DNA from: a bacterium ADurb.Bin212 | Lineage (GTDB): Bacteria > Patescibacteriota > UBA1384 > XYA2-FULL-43-10 | DNA: 63,506 nucleotides | Assembly: GCA_002070055.1 (NCBI GenBank) | Contig: MWCM01000006.1 | Coordinates: 1-63,506, forward strand | Reading direction: 5' to 3' | Shown: piece after piece, positions 35,298 through 45,215 of the stretch | Layout of the letters: every line of letters begins with the position of its first letter | How positions within the stretch are numbered: the first letter of the stretch is position 1 | The notes under the pieces: model-generated | Told to the model about the DNA's origin: nothing | Database searches by the model: none | What the model saw: the letters and a program-made list of their open reading frames with translations, nothing else | Program-made: the position numbers and the translations under genes

Positions 35298-37491
35298 ATT
35301 CCTCAAATCTGCAACAAAAAGTGATTTTATTCCGATATCTGTTTTTATCACCTTGGTATTGGTTTCTTCATATCGTGTTTTGCCAAGTCTTGGGACCATT
35401 TTTTATAATGACGGTGCCTTTTTTTGGCTAAGGGAAAACTATTTTGTAAACTTGGCGATGACTTGGAGTCAAAATTATTTTGGCTCTGATCAAACCAACA
35501 TCACCTTTCTATATCTAGTTAAATCATTATTGACTCACGCTCTTAACCGTTTTGGTGTTAGTCAAGAGGTAATATCATACATATTGTCTTTTGGTTTGGT
35601 TTTGGCGGCCGCTTTAGTATATTATTTTATCTTCAAAAAAATCTCTGGCAGCAAAATTTTTGGTTTCGGTGCTGGGGTTTTTGCAATTATGTGTAATTTG
35701 TCTCTTGAACACGTCGGGTTTGGTGGTTTCTTTTACTATTTTCTTGGTCTTATCGCTTTCGGTGTGTTGTTTATGCGTTTGAATAAGATAATAATGAGCA
35801 AAAACATCAACAAGGCTGATATTATTTGCTTTTCTCTGCTCTCTGTCTTATTGGTGCACCCTTTTTATTTTGTGATTTATCTAATTTCCTTGATGATTAT
35901 CTTTCTATTTTTTGGCATAAGATATGAATTATATAAACGAGCTAAATTCTATATAAAAACATTGACGACATTTTTATTTTTGGCCCTTATCCACATGTAT
36001 TGGCTTCTACCTTTTGTAATCGGGACAGTTACCCGTGATGCGTCACAGACCTATGGCGGTAATTTGGACGGAGTTTTTGAAGGGTTTAAGAGGGCTTCTT
36101 CATATCTGAATGCGCAGAATTTCTTTCAATATTTCAATTTATACTCAAAAAATGTTCAATCCAGCTATTTATTTTATCCTTTTTATGTCTTACTGGCTAC
36201 ATTGTTGCTAATTTCTTTTTATTACCTCTTTAAAAAAAAGAAGACAGTTTTCCTCATAAGTCTATTTCTATATATTGTATTCTTTTCCTTAGCTTTGGGA
36301 CCGATGTCAGTCGTTTCGGGCGGGATTTGGAGTTATCTGTGGAGCAGTATTCCAGCTTTTTCTTTTTTTAGAAGTTTTTCTCGTTTTCTTATAGTAATAA
36401 TACCGATTTACCTCTATGTTTATGCTTTAGCCTACAAGTTGCTAGATTATGGAAATAAAAAAATACTTTTGGGAACAATAGTCGCTGCCTTTGTGTTTTT
36501 AAATATATTTGTAATTAGCGGTGATATGAGCGGCACGATAGTAGCGGTGACTCCACCGCAGGAATACTCAGAGCTAAACAAAATATTAGTGTCTGATTCT
36601 TCGTCATATTCCGTTTTGTCGGTGCCTAACTATTTCTATGAAACTTACAAATGGTCAGAGAATAGAAAAACTGATTTTATGAGACAGGATTATTATTTTA
36701 TGGATTATTTTCTAGAGGCACCAGTAATTTACAATCGTGCCTCGATAAGTATCAACAACAACAACAAATTGTTTTCAAATGTTTTTTCTTTCTCGGAAAG
36801 CAAGGTGGATGAACTTGGTTATTTGTTTGATGCTTCAGACATAAAATATGTCCTAGTCCATAAAGATTACATTGCAGGGCCACCCAATATCAATACACAA
36901 GATTATTTAAGTTATGTGAAGTATTTTAAAGATAATAACGTCGATTCGTTAATGGAGAATGAAAACTTTGCTGTCTACCAGCTACCAACCTCAACTCCTC
37001 GTCTGTCTCATCCCAATCTTACATTTCAAAAAATTAACCCTGCTAAATACAAACTGCACTTCAAGGGAGTTAAAGATGTAAAAGATTTGAATTTTCTTCA
37101 AAGCTATCATTCAAAGTGGAATCTATATTTAGATAACTACCAAAAGCCTTGTTTGGCCGCAGAAAGCAGCAAGGAGTGTCCTCCTATTAATGCTTTCTAT
37201 CAATCTGGAGATATCTCATATATTAACAAAGAGCCTCTGTTTGATTCTACACACAGCAAGAAGTTTAACTATGCAAATTCTTGGTCTATAGACCCAAATG
37301 AAATCAAAAAATTTGCAGAAGGAGAGTATTATAAAAAGAATAGTGATGGCTCCATTGATTTTACGATGACTCTTTATTTTGCTCCACAGAGTTATCAATA
37401 TCTGGGTATAATAATTTCAATTTTAGCAGTATTGGTAGTAATAATAATGGGGATTGCCTTAAATGTGGTTAAAAATAGTCAAAAACCGTAA
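35290..37491 (+). CDS. Large polytopic membrane protein (GT-C-like or polymerase-like) with an extracytoplasmic C-terminal domain and a terminal TM anchor; paralogue A
   Basis: About 12 TM helices, then a roughly 300-aa soluble region and YLGIIISILAVLV. ATG at 35290 overlaps the upstream stop (ATGTCTAG). No family is confidently recognised. Confidence 0.65.
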   Translation: MSRFLKSATKSDFIPISVFITLVLVSSYRVLPSLGTIFYNDGAFFWLRENYFVNLAMTWSQNYFGSDQTNITFLYLVKSLLTHALNRFGVSQEVISYILSFGLVLAAALVYYFIFKKISGSKIFGFGAGVFAIMCNLSLEHVGFGGFFYYFLGLIAFGVLFMRLNKIIMSKNINKADIICFSLLSVLLVHPFYFVIYLISLMIIFLFFGIRYELYKRAKFYIKTLTTFLFLALIHMYWLLPFVIGTVTRDASQTYGGNLDGVFEGFKRASSYLNAQNFFQYFNLYSKNVQSSYLFYPFYVLLATLLLISFYYLFKKKKTVFLISLFLYIVFFSLALGPMSVVSGGIWSYLWSSIPAFSFFRSFSRFLIVIIPIYLYVYALAYKLLDYGNKKILLGTIVAAFVFLNIFVISGDMSGTIVAVTPPQEYSELNKILVSDSSSYSVLSVPNYFYETYKWSENRKTDFMRQDYYFMDYFLEAPVIYNRASISINNNNKLFSNVFSFSESKVDELGYLFDASDIKYVLVHKDYIAGPPNINTQDYLSYVKYFKDNNVDSLMENENFAVYQLPTSTPRLSHPNLTFQKINPAKYKLHFKGVKDVKDLNFLQSYHSKWNLYLDNYQKPCLAAESSKECPPINAFYQSGDISYINKEPLFDSTHSKKFNYANSWSIDPNEIKKFAEGEYYKKNSDGSIDFTMTLYFAPQSYQYLGIIISILAVLVVIIMGIALNVVKNSQKP
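36974..37436 (+). repeat. 463-bp direct repeat, copy 1 (100% identical to 39084-39546)
   Basis: Compared base by base. The offset is exactly 2110 bp. It encodes the last approximately 154 aa of paralogue A. Confidence 0.97.
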
Positions 37492-39601
37492 TATCTTTAT
37501 GCTGATAATTTTCTTGTTGGCATATTTACTTTTGTTCTCTTCTTTTAGAGATGGCGTGGGAAACTATTGGGATTGGTCTTTTCCTTACTTTTCTGATCAT
37601 TTGACAAATTATTTTTCCAACATGTCGCTGAGTTATATACCGGACAATCTTGGCAATCCGCTTAGCTACTCTTCAAATTATTACTTTAGGTATTTCATCT
37701 CATTATTCGGATATTTTGGTTTAGCGCCGGAGATGTTGCAATATTTATTGCTCTCCGCATCTGCTGCCCTATCCTCTTTCTATTTTTATAGGACGCACAA
37801 AAGAGATTCTGGGAATAATCTGTTAGTAGTTGTCGCTTCATTCGTTCTAATAATCAACCCAGCAGTATTTTATAAATTTGTCGGCGGACATACTTATTAT
37901 ATGGTTTCTTTAGCCATACTTAGCGGGCTATATTTTTATTTGATGAAGAATTTTAGACCCAATATTAAAGGCTATTTAGCTCTATCCTTGTTTCTCGCTT
38001 TTGTTGGGGTTCAGATTCAATTTTTTGTTATAGCAGGCATAATGATGTTTATTTACTTCATTTTGCACAAAGAGAAATTTAGGCTTATATATTTGCCTTT
38101 ATTATTGATCGTCCCGATTCTGATAAATTTACCATGGTTGAGCAATTTTATATCTTCTGCTTATACAATTTCGCAGGTGGGCGGAGGGGCGGCTTTTGGT
38201 TCTTTTAAAACCTTGACCGAGGCCACTTTTAGAGACGTCTTTTACATGTCTTTCTCCCGAGCGACGTTGTTGCAGTATTTTTATTCTTCTGCTCATTTTG
38301 CGATCTTCGCGTTATTTTCAGTGATGTTTTTAGTTCAACTCTATCTTTCAAAATTTAATAAAAATAGGTTGTTTATTGTTGCTTTGGTGATTATATATTT
38401 TATTCTTGCAACTGGTCTCTTGCAGTCACTTAATATTCCATATTTGAATAAGATATATCCAATGATTCGAGAGGTGGGTCATTTTGCCCCGATTCTAGTT
38501 TTTTGTATGTTGAGTTATTTATTGCAGATAAAGTCAATGAGTAAATGTAATCAAATAGTAATAGTCTTTTCGCTATTTGTCTTTTTGTTTACAAATTTGA
38601 CCGCATATTGGGGATATGTAAAATTGCCGAAGCCAGAATACAGTCTTGTGAGGCAGAATTTCGAAGAATTTGAAGACATTAAAAGGAATGATACGGGTAG
38701 TTATAGAGTGCTTACTTACCCATTCTTTAATCAATACTCTCTGAATAATGTTAAAAACGTTTATGCTCGAGGTCGCTTAATTAATAATAGTGGTTGGGAC
38801 AGCTATATTATGTATTCTGGCTATGAGTACATTAATCAAAACATTAATTCAAAAGACTATTATAAGTCCCTTCAATATAGACTACTACGTGACTTTCAGA
38901 CAAAAGAGTTAGAAGAGTTGAATGTGAAATATGTCTTTGATTTTAGCCATATATATCAAACTAACTACGAAAAATACTTAGAGCTCTCGGAAATTGGCTA
39001 TGATGTTGATATAATTAAAGCTAACGGGGATTTCATTGATTCCGTTGCTAGTTATCCCGGTGTCATTAAAATATCCGAGCACATCTACCAGCTACCAACC
39101 TCAACTCCTCGTCTGTCTCATCCCAATCTTACATTTCAAAAAATTAACCCTGCTAAATACAAACTGCACTTCAAGGGAGTTAAAGATGTAAAAGATTTGA
39201 ATTTTCTTCAAAGCTATCATTCAAAGTGGAATCTATATTTAGATAACTACCAAAAGCCTTGTTTGGCCGCAGAAAGCAGCAAGGAGTGTCCTCCTATTAA
39301 TGCTTTCTATCAATCTGGAGATATCTCATATATTAACAAAGAGCCTCTGTTTGATTCTACACACAGCAAGAAGTTTAACTATGCAAATTCTTGGTCTATA
39401 GACCCAAATGAAATCAAAAAATTTGCAGAAGGAGAGTATTATAAAAAGAATAGTGATGGCTCCATTGATTTTACGATGACTCTTTATTTTGCTCCACAGA
39501 GTTATCAATATCTGGGTATAATAATTTCAATTTTAGCAGTATTGGTTGCAGCTGTTATAATTGTTTATAGTAAAATTAAATTGAGAGAATATGAAGATTA
39601 G
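37463..39601 (+). CDS. Large polytopic membrane protein, paralogue B; the N-terminal 550 aa are diverged from A and the C-terminal 154 aa are identical
   Basis: About 12 TM helices. C-terminal YQLPTSTPRLSHPNLTFQKINPAKYKLHF...YLGIIISILAVLV is identical to A. An alternative start at 37499 is possible. Confidence 0.65.
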   Translation: MWLKIVKNRNIFMLIIFLLAYLLLFSSFRDGVGNYWDWSFPYFSDHLTNYFSNMSLSYIPDNLGNPLSYSSNYYFRYFISLFGYFGLAPEMLQYLLLSASAALSSFYFYRTHKRDSGNNLLVVVASFVLIINPAVFYKFVGGHTYYMVSLAILSGLYFYLMKNFRPNIKGYLALSLFLAFVGVQIQFFVIAGIMMFIYFILHKEKFRLIYLPLLLIVPILINLPWLSNFISSAYTISQVGGGAAFGSFKTLTEATFRDVFYMSFSRATLLQYFYSSAHFAIFALFSVMFLVQLYLSKFNKNRLFIVALVIIYFILATGLLQSLNIPYLNKIYPMIREVGHFAPILVFCMLSYLLQIKSMSKCNQIVIVFSLFVFLFTNLTAYWGYVKLPKPEYSLVRQNFEEFEDIKRNDTGSYRVLTYPFFNQYSLNNVKNVYARGRLINNSGWDSYIMYSGYEYINQNINSKDYYKSLQYRLLRDFQTKELEELNVKYVFDFSHIYQTNYEKYLELSEIGYDVDIIKANGDFIDSVASYPGVIKISEHIYQLPTSTPRLSHPNLTFQKINPAKYKLHFKGVKDVKDLNFLQSYHSKWNLYLDNYQKPCLAAESSKECPPINAFYQSGDISYINKEPLFDSTHSKKFNYANSWSIDPNEIKKFAEGEYYKKNSDGSIDFTMTLYFAPQSYQYLGIIISILAVLVAAVIIVYSKIKLREYED
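39084..39546 (+). repeat. 463-bp direct repeat, copy 2
   Basis: See copy 1. Flanking bases differ immediately outside both ends. Confidence 0.97.
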
Positions 39602-41171
39602 AATAGAATATTTATTGAATGCGCTAAAGCATAATCAGATATACTTAATTGTTCTGTTAATGTTTATTCTTGTGTTTTTGTATGGCAAAAACATTATTAT
39701 TGACGAAGACAATTCTAAGCCCACTGAATGCATTGCCGTTAACGACTCAAACGAAATATTTAGCATAGATAATCAGTCTACATATTTTGCAGTCAAAAAT
39801 ATTTTCAACTCAAGCGAAGGAGATTATTATCGATTGAAATTTGTGGCTGAGGTAACTCCGGATATTCGTCGTAGCGTTTCTAACACAAACGAGAAGGGCC
39901 CGGAATATCAATATGTTAACATGGACTATCCATACAAAATTGAAACGATAATAAACTCACAATCAGGAGAACAAAAGAAGATAGGAGAGATTTCGATTGA
40001 GGGCATGGAAAGAAAATATTATGAATATATTTTTAAGACTGATGGCAATTATAGCGATGTTGTATTTAGAAAATTCAACGTTAATGATCTCGAAAAAGTT
40101 ATCATCAGCAACGTCGGCATAAGTAGATTGGATATTAGCAGCGATACTCAACTTGGAGAACTTACTTCTACAAAGCAGAGTATCGTAATGGACAGCGAAA
40201 TACCGGAATTGCCCAACAATAATCCAATGAGGCATGTTTCACTCTCTACTGGCAATCAGCAAGTTGGACAGTTGTTCGAGGCAAGTGAAGATTATTTAGG
40301 GGGCGTGTATTTATCTATGAATATGGTTGGCAATGGTGGCGTTGGAGACTATACTTTAAATCTGTATATGGTTTCGGATGAAAACAATATCAATATTCTA
40401 GCTGAACCTTTTCGGTCATTTCGTTTCCAGACATCGGATTTTGACAAATTTAATTTGCGCGGTGATTTATACAAAATACCTTTCTTTTTCCCCTTAGAGA
40501 AAGGCAAGAAATATTATCTGTCCATATCTAATCGTTCTGCGGTGACGAATAGATCCAATAACCTAAGTATTGGTATTTGGGACAGTAAAGATCAAAACGT
40601 GTTGTATTATAAGGGAAAGGATAAGAATTATCTTGAAGAGTCTTCAGCTCTTTTTCCGATATTCCTAAACTCTCAATATTATAATGGAGAAAAGCTAACA
40701 AATAACTCACTAATTGAAGATTTGGGTGGAGGAAAGGGAAGATTTCATTTCTCCTCATTATCTCAGCCCAGTGATTTGTTGGTCCCAGAATACAATTTGT
40801 ATGCCGGATACGATCAATATATCAAGGCAGTTACTTTTTGGGGCGAGAAAAAATATTCACTAGACTACAAATTTAATACAATATATCCCATAAAAAGATT
40901 TCGCCTAAACTTAAAGCAGGCCATGGGTTTATATCCAAAGGCTACAGTTAAGTTCTCTCTTGACGGCACGACTTGGCAAGAGATAGAGAACCAGAAAGAT
41001 GCCGCTGCCCCATATTTATTTTCTCAGACCGTTGAGATGTCAGAGAACAAAACAACATCAGAAATATATGTTTCAATATCTCCGAAAGATGATCCAAATG
41101 ATTTTGCTAATAAATACCTAGCCATTTACGATTTTGAATTAGGTGCTGATTTAGACATGGAGAAAAAATGA
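39591..41171 (+). CDS. N-terminally anchored extracytoplasmic protein, possibly with a C-terminal discoidin/F5-F8-type-C-like domain
   Basis: TM segment IYLIVLLMFILVFLYG. The C-terminal VKFSLDGTTWQEIE pattern is weakly reminiscent of discoidin domains. Confidence 0.5.
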   Translation: MKIRIEYLLNALKHNQIYLIVLLMFILVFLYGKNIIIDEDNSKPTECIAVNDSNEIFSIDNQSTYFAVKNIFNSSEGDYYRLKFVAEVTPDIRRSVSNTNEKGPEYQYVNMDYPYKIETIINSQSGEQKKIGEISIEGMERKYYEYIFKTDGNYSDVVFRKFNVNDLEKVIISNVGISRLDISSDTQLGELTSTKQSIVMDSEIPELPNNNPMRHVSLSTGNQQVGQLFEASEDYLGGVYLSMNMVGNGGVGDYTLNLYMVSDENNINILAEPFRSFRFQTSDFDKFNLRGDLYKIPFFFPLEKGKKYYLSISNRSAVTNRSNNLSIGIWDSKDQNVLYYKGKDKNYLEESSALFPIFLNSQYYNGEKLTNNSLIEDLGGGKGRFHFSSLSQPSDLLVPEYNLYAGYDQYIKAVTFWGEKKYSLDYKFNTIYPIKRFRLNLKQAMGLYPKATVKFSLDGTTWQEIENQKDAAAPYLFSQTVEMSENKTTSEIYVSISPKDDPNDFANKYLAIYDFELGADLDMEKK

Positions 41172-41488
41172 TTCTAAAATCAATAATAAGATATTTAAAC
41201 AGGGATAACGTCAATATAGTAGTGGTTGCTTTGGCTTATGCCCTTGTCAGCTATTTAAACTGGACTCCGATGGCCTCAATCTTTTTCGTTCTCTTTATTT
41301 GGTTCTTGTTGAATCCGATAAAAACATCTGACGCGCTTAAGATATCCATAATAACGTTGGCAGTTTCTCCTTTGTTATTAATGGTAAAAAGAAGAACCAA
41401 CGCAGAATACTTAGCTCAAATATCTTTCTTTTTCCTTGTTATCGCCCTGATCACAGAAATTCGTTTCCGAAAATCAAGAGTCGAATAA
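41168..41488 (+). CDS. 106-aa small membrane protein
   Basis: ATGA overlap with the upstream gene. Three hydrophobic segments. Confidence 0.5.
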   Translation: MILKSIIRYLNRDNVNIVVVALAYALVSYLNWTPMASIFFVLFIWFLLNPIKTSDALKISIITLAVSPLLLMVKRRTNAEYLAQISFFFLVIALITEIRFRKSRVE

Positions 41489-41494
41489 GATAGC

Positions 41495-42277
41495 TTATTG
41501 GTAGGGATCTTTGCCTAACTGGTAATCACCAGATCTTAGTGCCTCTATTCCTCTCTGTTCAGCGGCCAATCTATCTTTATAATTGTCTGACTCTCTAACT
41601 TTTGAAATTAAGTTTTTGTAGTGCCCACTAGTACTCTCTAGTATTTTCTCGGCTGGTATAAAGCTGACCTCAACTTGTTGTTTGAATTTTGATATGCTTT
41701 CCATGGTCTCTTTATCTTGTTCTGATAGTTTTTCAAGTTGGATGAAAAATTCCTTCGCTCTTGGGACATGGTAATCGTTGGTAATTATCGCTATACGAGA
41801 CCAACCCTCTCTTTGGGCCATCTTTATCATCTCAATCATCTCACTATATGTGTCCCAAGAGTTTTCTTCTAGTATAATATTTTCTTGTTTGGCTCCGAAC
41901 CTTTCCATCTCAGCAGCCACAACTGAGGCATGCGTCGGTTCCTCCTTTAATCTACGGCTAGTTGTAACAAAATTGATGTCTGGGAATATCTCTGAGACTT
42001 TGGCAGCCGCAATAGATCTGGCCTTACCTCCAGTTATTAGCCCGTGATCATCGGTTTCACTATACGATGGAGATTTATATTCATCATCCTTCCTTATTAT
42101 ACCCCCGCTTAACACAAAAATACTCTCCGGCATCCGCCCAGATTCGGTTTCTTGGCAAATTACAGACTTAATGCACTCTTTAAGCTCTTCCGTTATTCTT
42201 TCTGACACGTTACTCTTGAATTTAGATTTGTAAGTCAAAAATATTATATCACTCGGATTAAGTGTTAAAAAGCACAT
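41495..42277 (-). CDS. DUF218/YdcF(ElyC)-like protein
   Basis: FVLSGGI...SETDDHG...IAIITNDYHVPRAKEFF resembles the DUF218 pattern (SGG ... TsxyHmxRA). Confidence 0.6.
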   Translation of the reverse strand: MCFLTLNPSDIIFLTYKSKFKSNVSERITEELKECIKSVICQETESGRMPESIFVLSGGIIRKDDEYKSPSYSETDDHGLITGGKARSIAAAKVSEIFPDINFVTTSRRLKEEPTHASVVAAEMERFGAKQENIILEENSWDTYSEMIEMIKMAQREGWSRIAIITNDYHVPRAKEFFIQLEKLSEQDKETMESISKFKQQVEVSFIPAEKILESTSGHYKNLISKVRESDNYKDRLAAEQRGIEALRSGDYQLGKDPYQ

Positions 42278-42390
42278 AAAGGGTGTGGCGGTGCGGGCAG
42301 CTTTATGATATCATGATTACGTTTTTCATATGTTGTATTAAAATATTTTTTAGATAATTTTGTGCGTCATTTTCACAAGCTTGAAAAATT

Positions 42391-43341
42391 ATGATTTCAA
42401 TAATTATACCTGTTTATAATGAAGAAGATAATGTTGCTAAGCTTCACAATGAGTTAGTTTCTGTGATGAAAAAAATTGGACGAAGTTACGAGATAATTTT
42501 AATCGATGATGGTTCGTCTGATGAGACCGGAAAGATTATTACAAAAATATCTCATAACGACAAGCTGACAAAATCAATTGTTCTTGCTAGGAATTTTGGC
42601 CAAACTGCCGCGCTTTCGGCGGGTTTAGATAATGCAAGCGGCGACATTATTATCCCGATGGACGGGGATTTGCAGAATGATCCCAGAGATATTCCCAAGT
42701 TGCTGAAGAAGATAGAAGAGGGATATTCGGTAGTTTCGGGTTGGCGCAAGAATCGTAAAGATTCTTTTTTTAGGGTTCTGCCATCGAAAATCGCCAACCT
42801 TTTGATTAAAAAGCTTACCGGCGTACAAATTAATGATAACGGTTGTTCGCTTAAGGCTTACAAGAAAGAGGTAATAAGCGGCATCCAGCTTTATGGCGAG
42901 ATGCATCGATTTATTTCGGTTTATGCTGCTTGGTCGGGAGGCAAAACATGCGAGGTAGTAGTTAACCATCGATCTCGTAAGAATGGTAAAAGTAAGTATG
43001 GTTACTCGCGGATTTTCAAAGTCATACTGGACCTTCTGGTAATGAAGTTCCTGCACCGATATATAAGCCGCCCCATTCATTTTTTTGGTAAGTATGGCTT
43101 TTGGTCATTTTTTATTGCCTTTGCATTTGTTATATGGTCACTAATACTAAAATACGCGTATAATTTATCCATTAATAGGACGCCATTACCAATATTTGCA
43201 ATTATGTTTGTAATATTGGGAGTCCAATTGGTTCTTACAGGGATCTTGGCCGAGTTGTTGACACGAACCTATTATGAATCTCAAGGGAAAAAATCTTACA
43301 AAATAAGTTATGTTGTTGCAAATGGCAAGAATATTAAGTAG
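42391..43341 (+). CDS. GT2 polyprenol-phosphate glycosyltransferase (DPM1/GtrB-like, two C-terminal TM helices)
   Basis: SIIIPVYNEEDNV, IDDGSSDET, PMDGDLQNDP, C-terminal TM pair. Confidence 0.88.
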   Translation: MISIIIPVYNEEDNVAKLHNELVSVMKKIGRSYEIILIDDGSSDETGKIITKISHNDKLTKSIVLARNFGQTAALSAGLDNASGDIIIPMDGDLQNDPRDIPKLLKKIEEGYSVVSGWRKNRKDSFFRVLPSKIANLLIKKLTGVQINDNGCSLKAYKKEVISGIQLYGEMHRFISVYAAWSGGKTCEVVVNHRSRKNGKSKYGYSRIFKVILDLLVMKFLHRYISRPIHFFGKYGFWSFFIAFAFVIWSLILKYAYNLSINRTPLPIFAIMFVILGVQLVLTGILAELLTRTYYESQGKKSYKISYVVANGKNIK

Positions 43342-44587
43342 AGAAAAAGTAAAAAGTGTAGTAAATTTGATCTACTCCAATAGAGTCATACTTATTGTAG
43401 TCCTATTGGGTATTCTGTTAAGAGTCATCTTAATGCCTTTTACTATTCATCATGATATATTGAGTTCAATCTGGCGCGGAACTCTGCTTGTTTTTGAAGG
43501 GTCATATAGAATCAGCCACCTGCCGGAGTTAATAATGGCTGCATATATCTTTTTCATGAAGTCATTCTTGCCTCATCTTCCTGACCTCCTTGGTTCCCAT
43601 AGTGGTTTAACCATTGCGCCCGATCATGGTGTGTATTTTAATTTTTTGGAATCAATATATTCACATAGGTATGTTTTTATCGTTAAATCAGTATTCTTAA
43701 TGGTTGATTTGTTGATGCTTGTAACAATCCTAAAGAGCACGCTAAAAAAGCACCTACCAGTTATTATTTTTTGGGCCATAAATCCATTTATATTATATAG
43801 TGCTTATTTATGGGGTCGATTTGAGATAATACCAATATACTTCATGCTTTTGTCAATGATTTCATCATCAAAGGAAATGAAATGGCAGGCAATAATTTTT
43901 GCGGGTCTTGCTGTTTCTTCCCGAATTAACTTTTTAATTTATTTTTTGCCACTTATAATATTCATCAGCGATAGCAAAAAAGATTATGTTAAATATTTGA
44001 TTGCCGGATTAACGCCATATTTTATAACTTCCTTGTTTACTAAGCTATTGATTGAGAGTTACTCAGGAATAAACGGCGGATTCCAAGAGTATCTATTTTC
44101 GAGTTCTTTTGGTCAGGGATTCAATTCAATTAGTTTGTTCCCAATCGCAGTATTTATTATTATCTATTTTATGATCAAAGATAAGAAGTCCCAAGAACTT
44201 GACTATAAAAAGTATCTATTTTATACGGGCATAATGATTAGCTCATATTTTGCATTTACATTTTTTCATCCCCAATGGCTCGCGTGGTTAACTCCAATTG
44301 CAATAATGTATATCTATTACGAGAGAAAATCTATTTATACCTTGATGATTATGTTTGTGTTATTTTTTGTTTTCATTGATAGCTACTGGGGCCCATATAC
44401 CTCAACCTATCTTCTATTTGAAGCTTCAAATCCTGATTTTGCTAAATCATTCTTTTCGATCAAATTCCAGTTGCTAGGCAAATATTCCGATCAGACACTA
44501 ATTACCGTCTTTCATACTATGTTTATTTTGTCGCTAATTCTTTTAAATATGCAACTAAAAGTTAAACTTTATGACAAGAAAAAATAA
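43310..44587 (+). CDS. Polytopic membrane protein, probable GT-C-like glycosyltransferase partner of the upstream GT2
   Basis: 425 aa with about 11 TM helices. It overlaps the upstream gene. The start is uncertain (43310 or 43322). Confidence 0.55.
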   Translation: MLLQMARILSREKVKSVVNLIYSNRVILIVVLLGILLRVILMPFTIHHDILSSIWRGTLLVFEGSYRISHLPELIMAAYIFFMKSFLPHLPDLLGSHSGLTIAPDHGVYFNFLESIYSHRYVFIVKSVFLMVDLLMLVTILKSTLKKHLPVIIFWAINPFILYSAYLWGRFEIIPIYFMLLSMISSSKEMKWQAIIFAGLAVSSRINFLIYFLPLIIFISDSKKDYVKYLIAGLTPYFITSLFTKLLIESYSGINGGFQEYLFSSSFGQGFNSISLFPIAVFIIIYFMIKDKKSQELDYKKYLFYTGIMISSYFAFTFFHPQWLAWLTPIAIMYIYYERKSIYTLMIMFVLFFVFIDSYWGPYTSTYLLFEASNPDFAKSFFSIKFQLLGKYSDQTLITVFHTMFILSLILLNMQLKVKLYDKKK

Positions 44588-45215
44588 AACGATGATTTTG
44601 GCGCTTGTCTCATTTGTCTTACTATTGGCAATTTTTTTCTATAAATTTTCTTTTGTTAGTATGGAGAAATTTGAAGCAGCAGAAGACCACAGAGAGTCAT
44701 TTTATGTATTTAGCGCCGTTAAACAGGACCAATTAGTTGGACTCGTTGTTAGCTCTGAAAGGTCGGTATTTATTGAAGATTATAAAAATAAAAATATCGA
44801 AATCGTTATAGATATATTAAATGAAAAAGGTAAGATAGAAAAAACAATTAAACAAACATTTAACATATATAATTTGCCGGTAAAAGGTTTCAAAAAGCTT
44901 ATGCTCGATGAGAGCATTAGTGACTTAAAAGGAAAAGGGATTAAAATATCTCACAAACTACTCTTTGTGCCTGGGGCTGATGAAACAGTCAAAATATTTC
45001 ACCACGGAAGCAACAACACTCCTAATAATTTTGAGACAACCCCTAAATTAATTTACAAAACCAACCTAATCCAGCTTTTTTATGAATCGCGGTTGAGCCT
45101 CAATGGAGACCCAAAATTCGAAAAGATGTATCATTTTTTGGTGATCTCAATTATTATCTCCATACTCATTGTAGTATTCATTTCTTTATTAAAGAAAGAT
45201 GAACAAAAGCGATGA
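44571..45215 (+). CDS. 214-aa bitopic membrane protein (N- and C-terminal TM), unknown function
   Basis: MILALVSFVLLLAIFFY at the N-terminus and VISIIISILIVVFISLL at the C-terminus. Overlapping operon context. Confidence 0.5.
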   Translation: MTRKNKTMILALVSFVLLLAIFFYKFSFVSMEKFEAAEDHRESFYVFSAVKQDQLVGLVVSSERSVFIEDYKNKNIEIVIDILNEKGKIEKTIKQTFNIYNLPVKGFKKLMLDESISDLKGKGIKISHKLLFVPGADETVKIFHHGSNNTPNNFETTPKLIYKTNLIQLFYESRLSLNGDPKFEKMYHFLVISIIISILIVVFISLLKKDEQKR

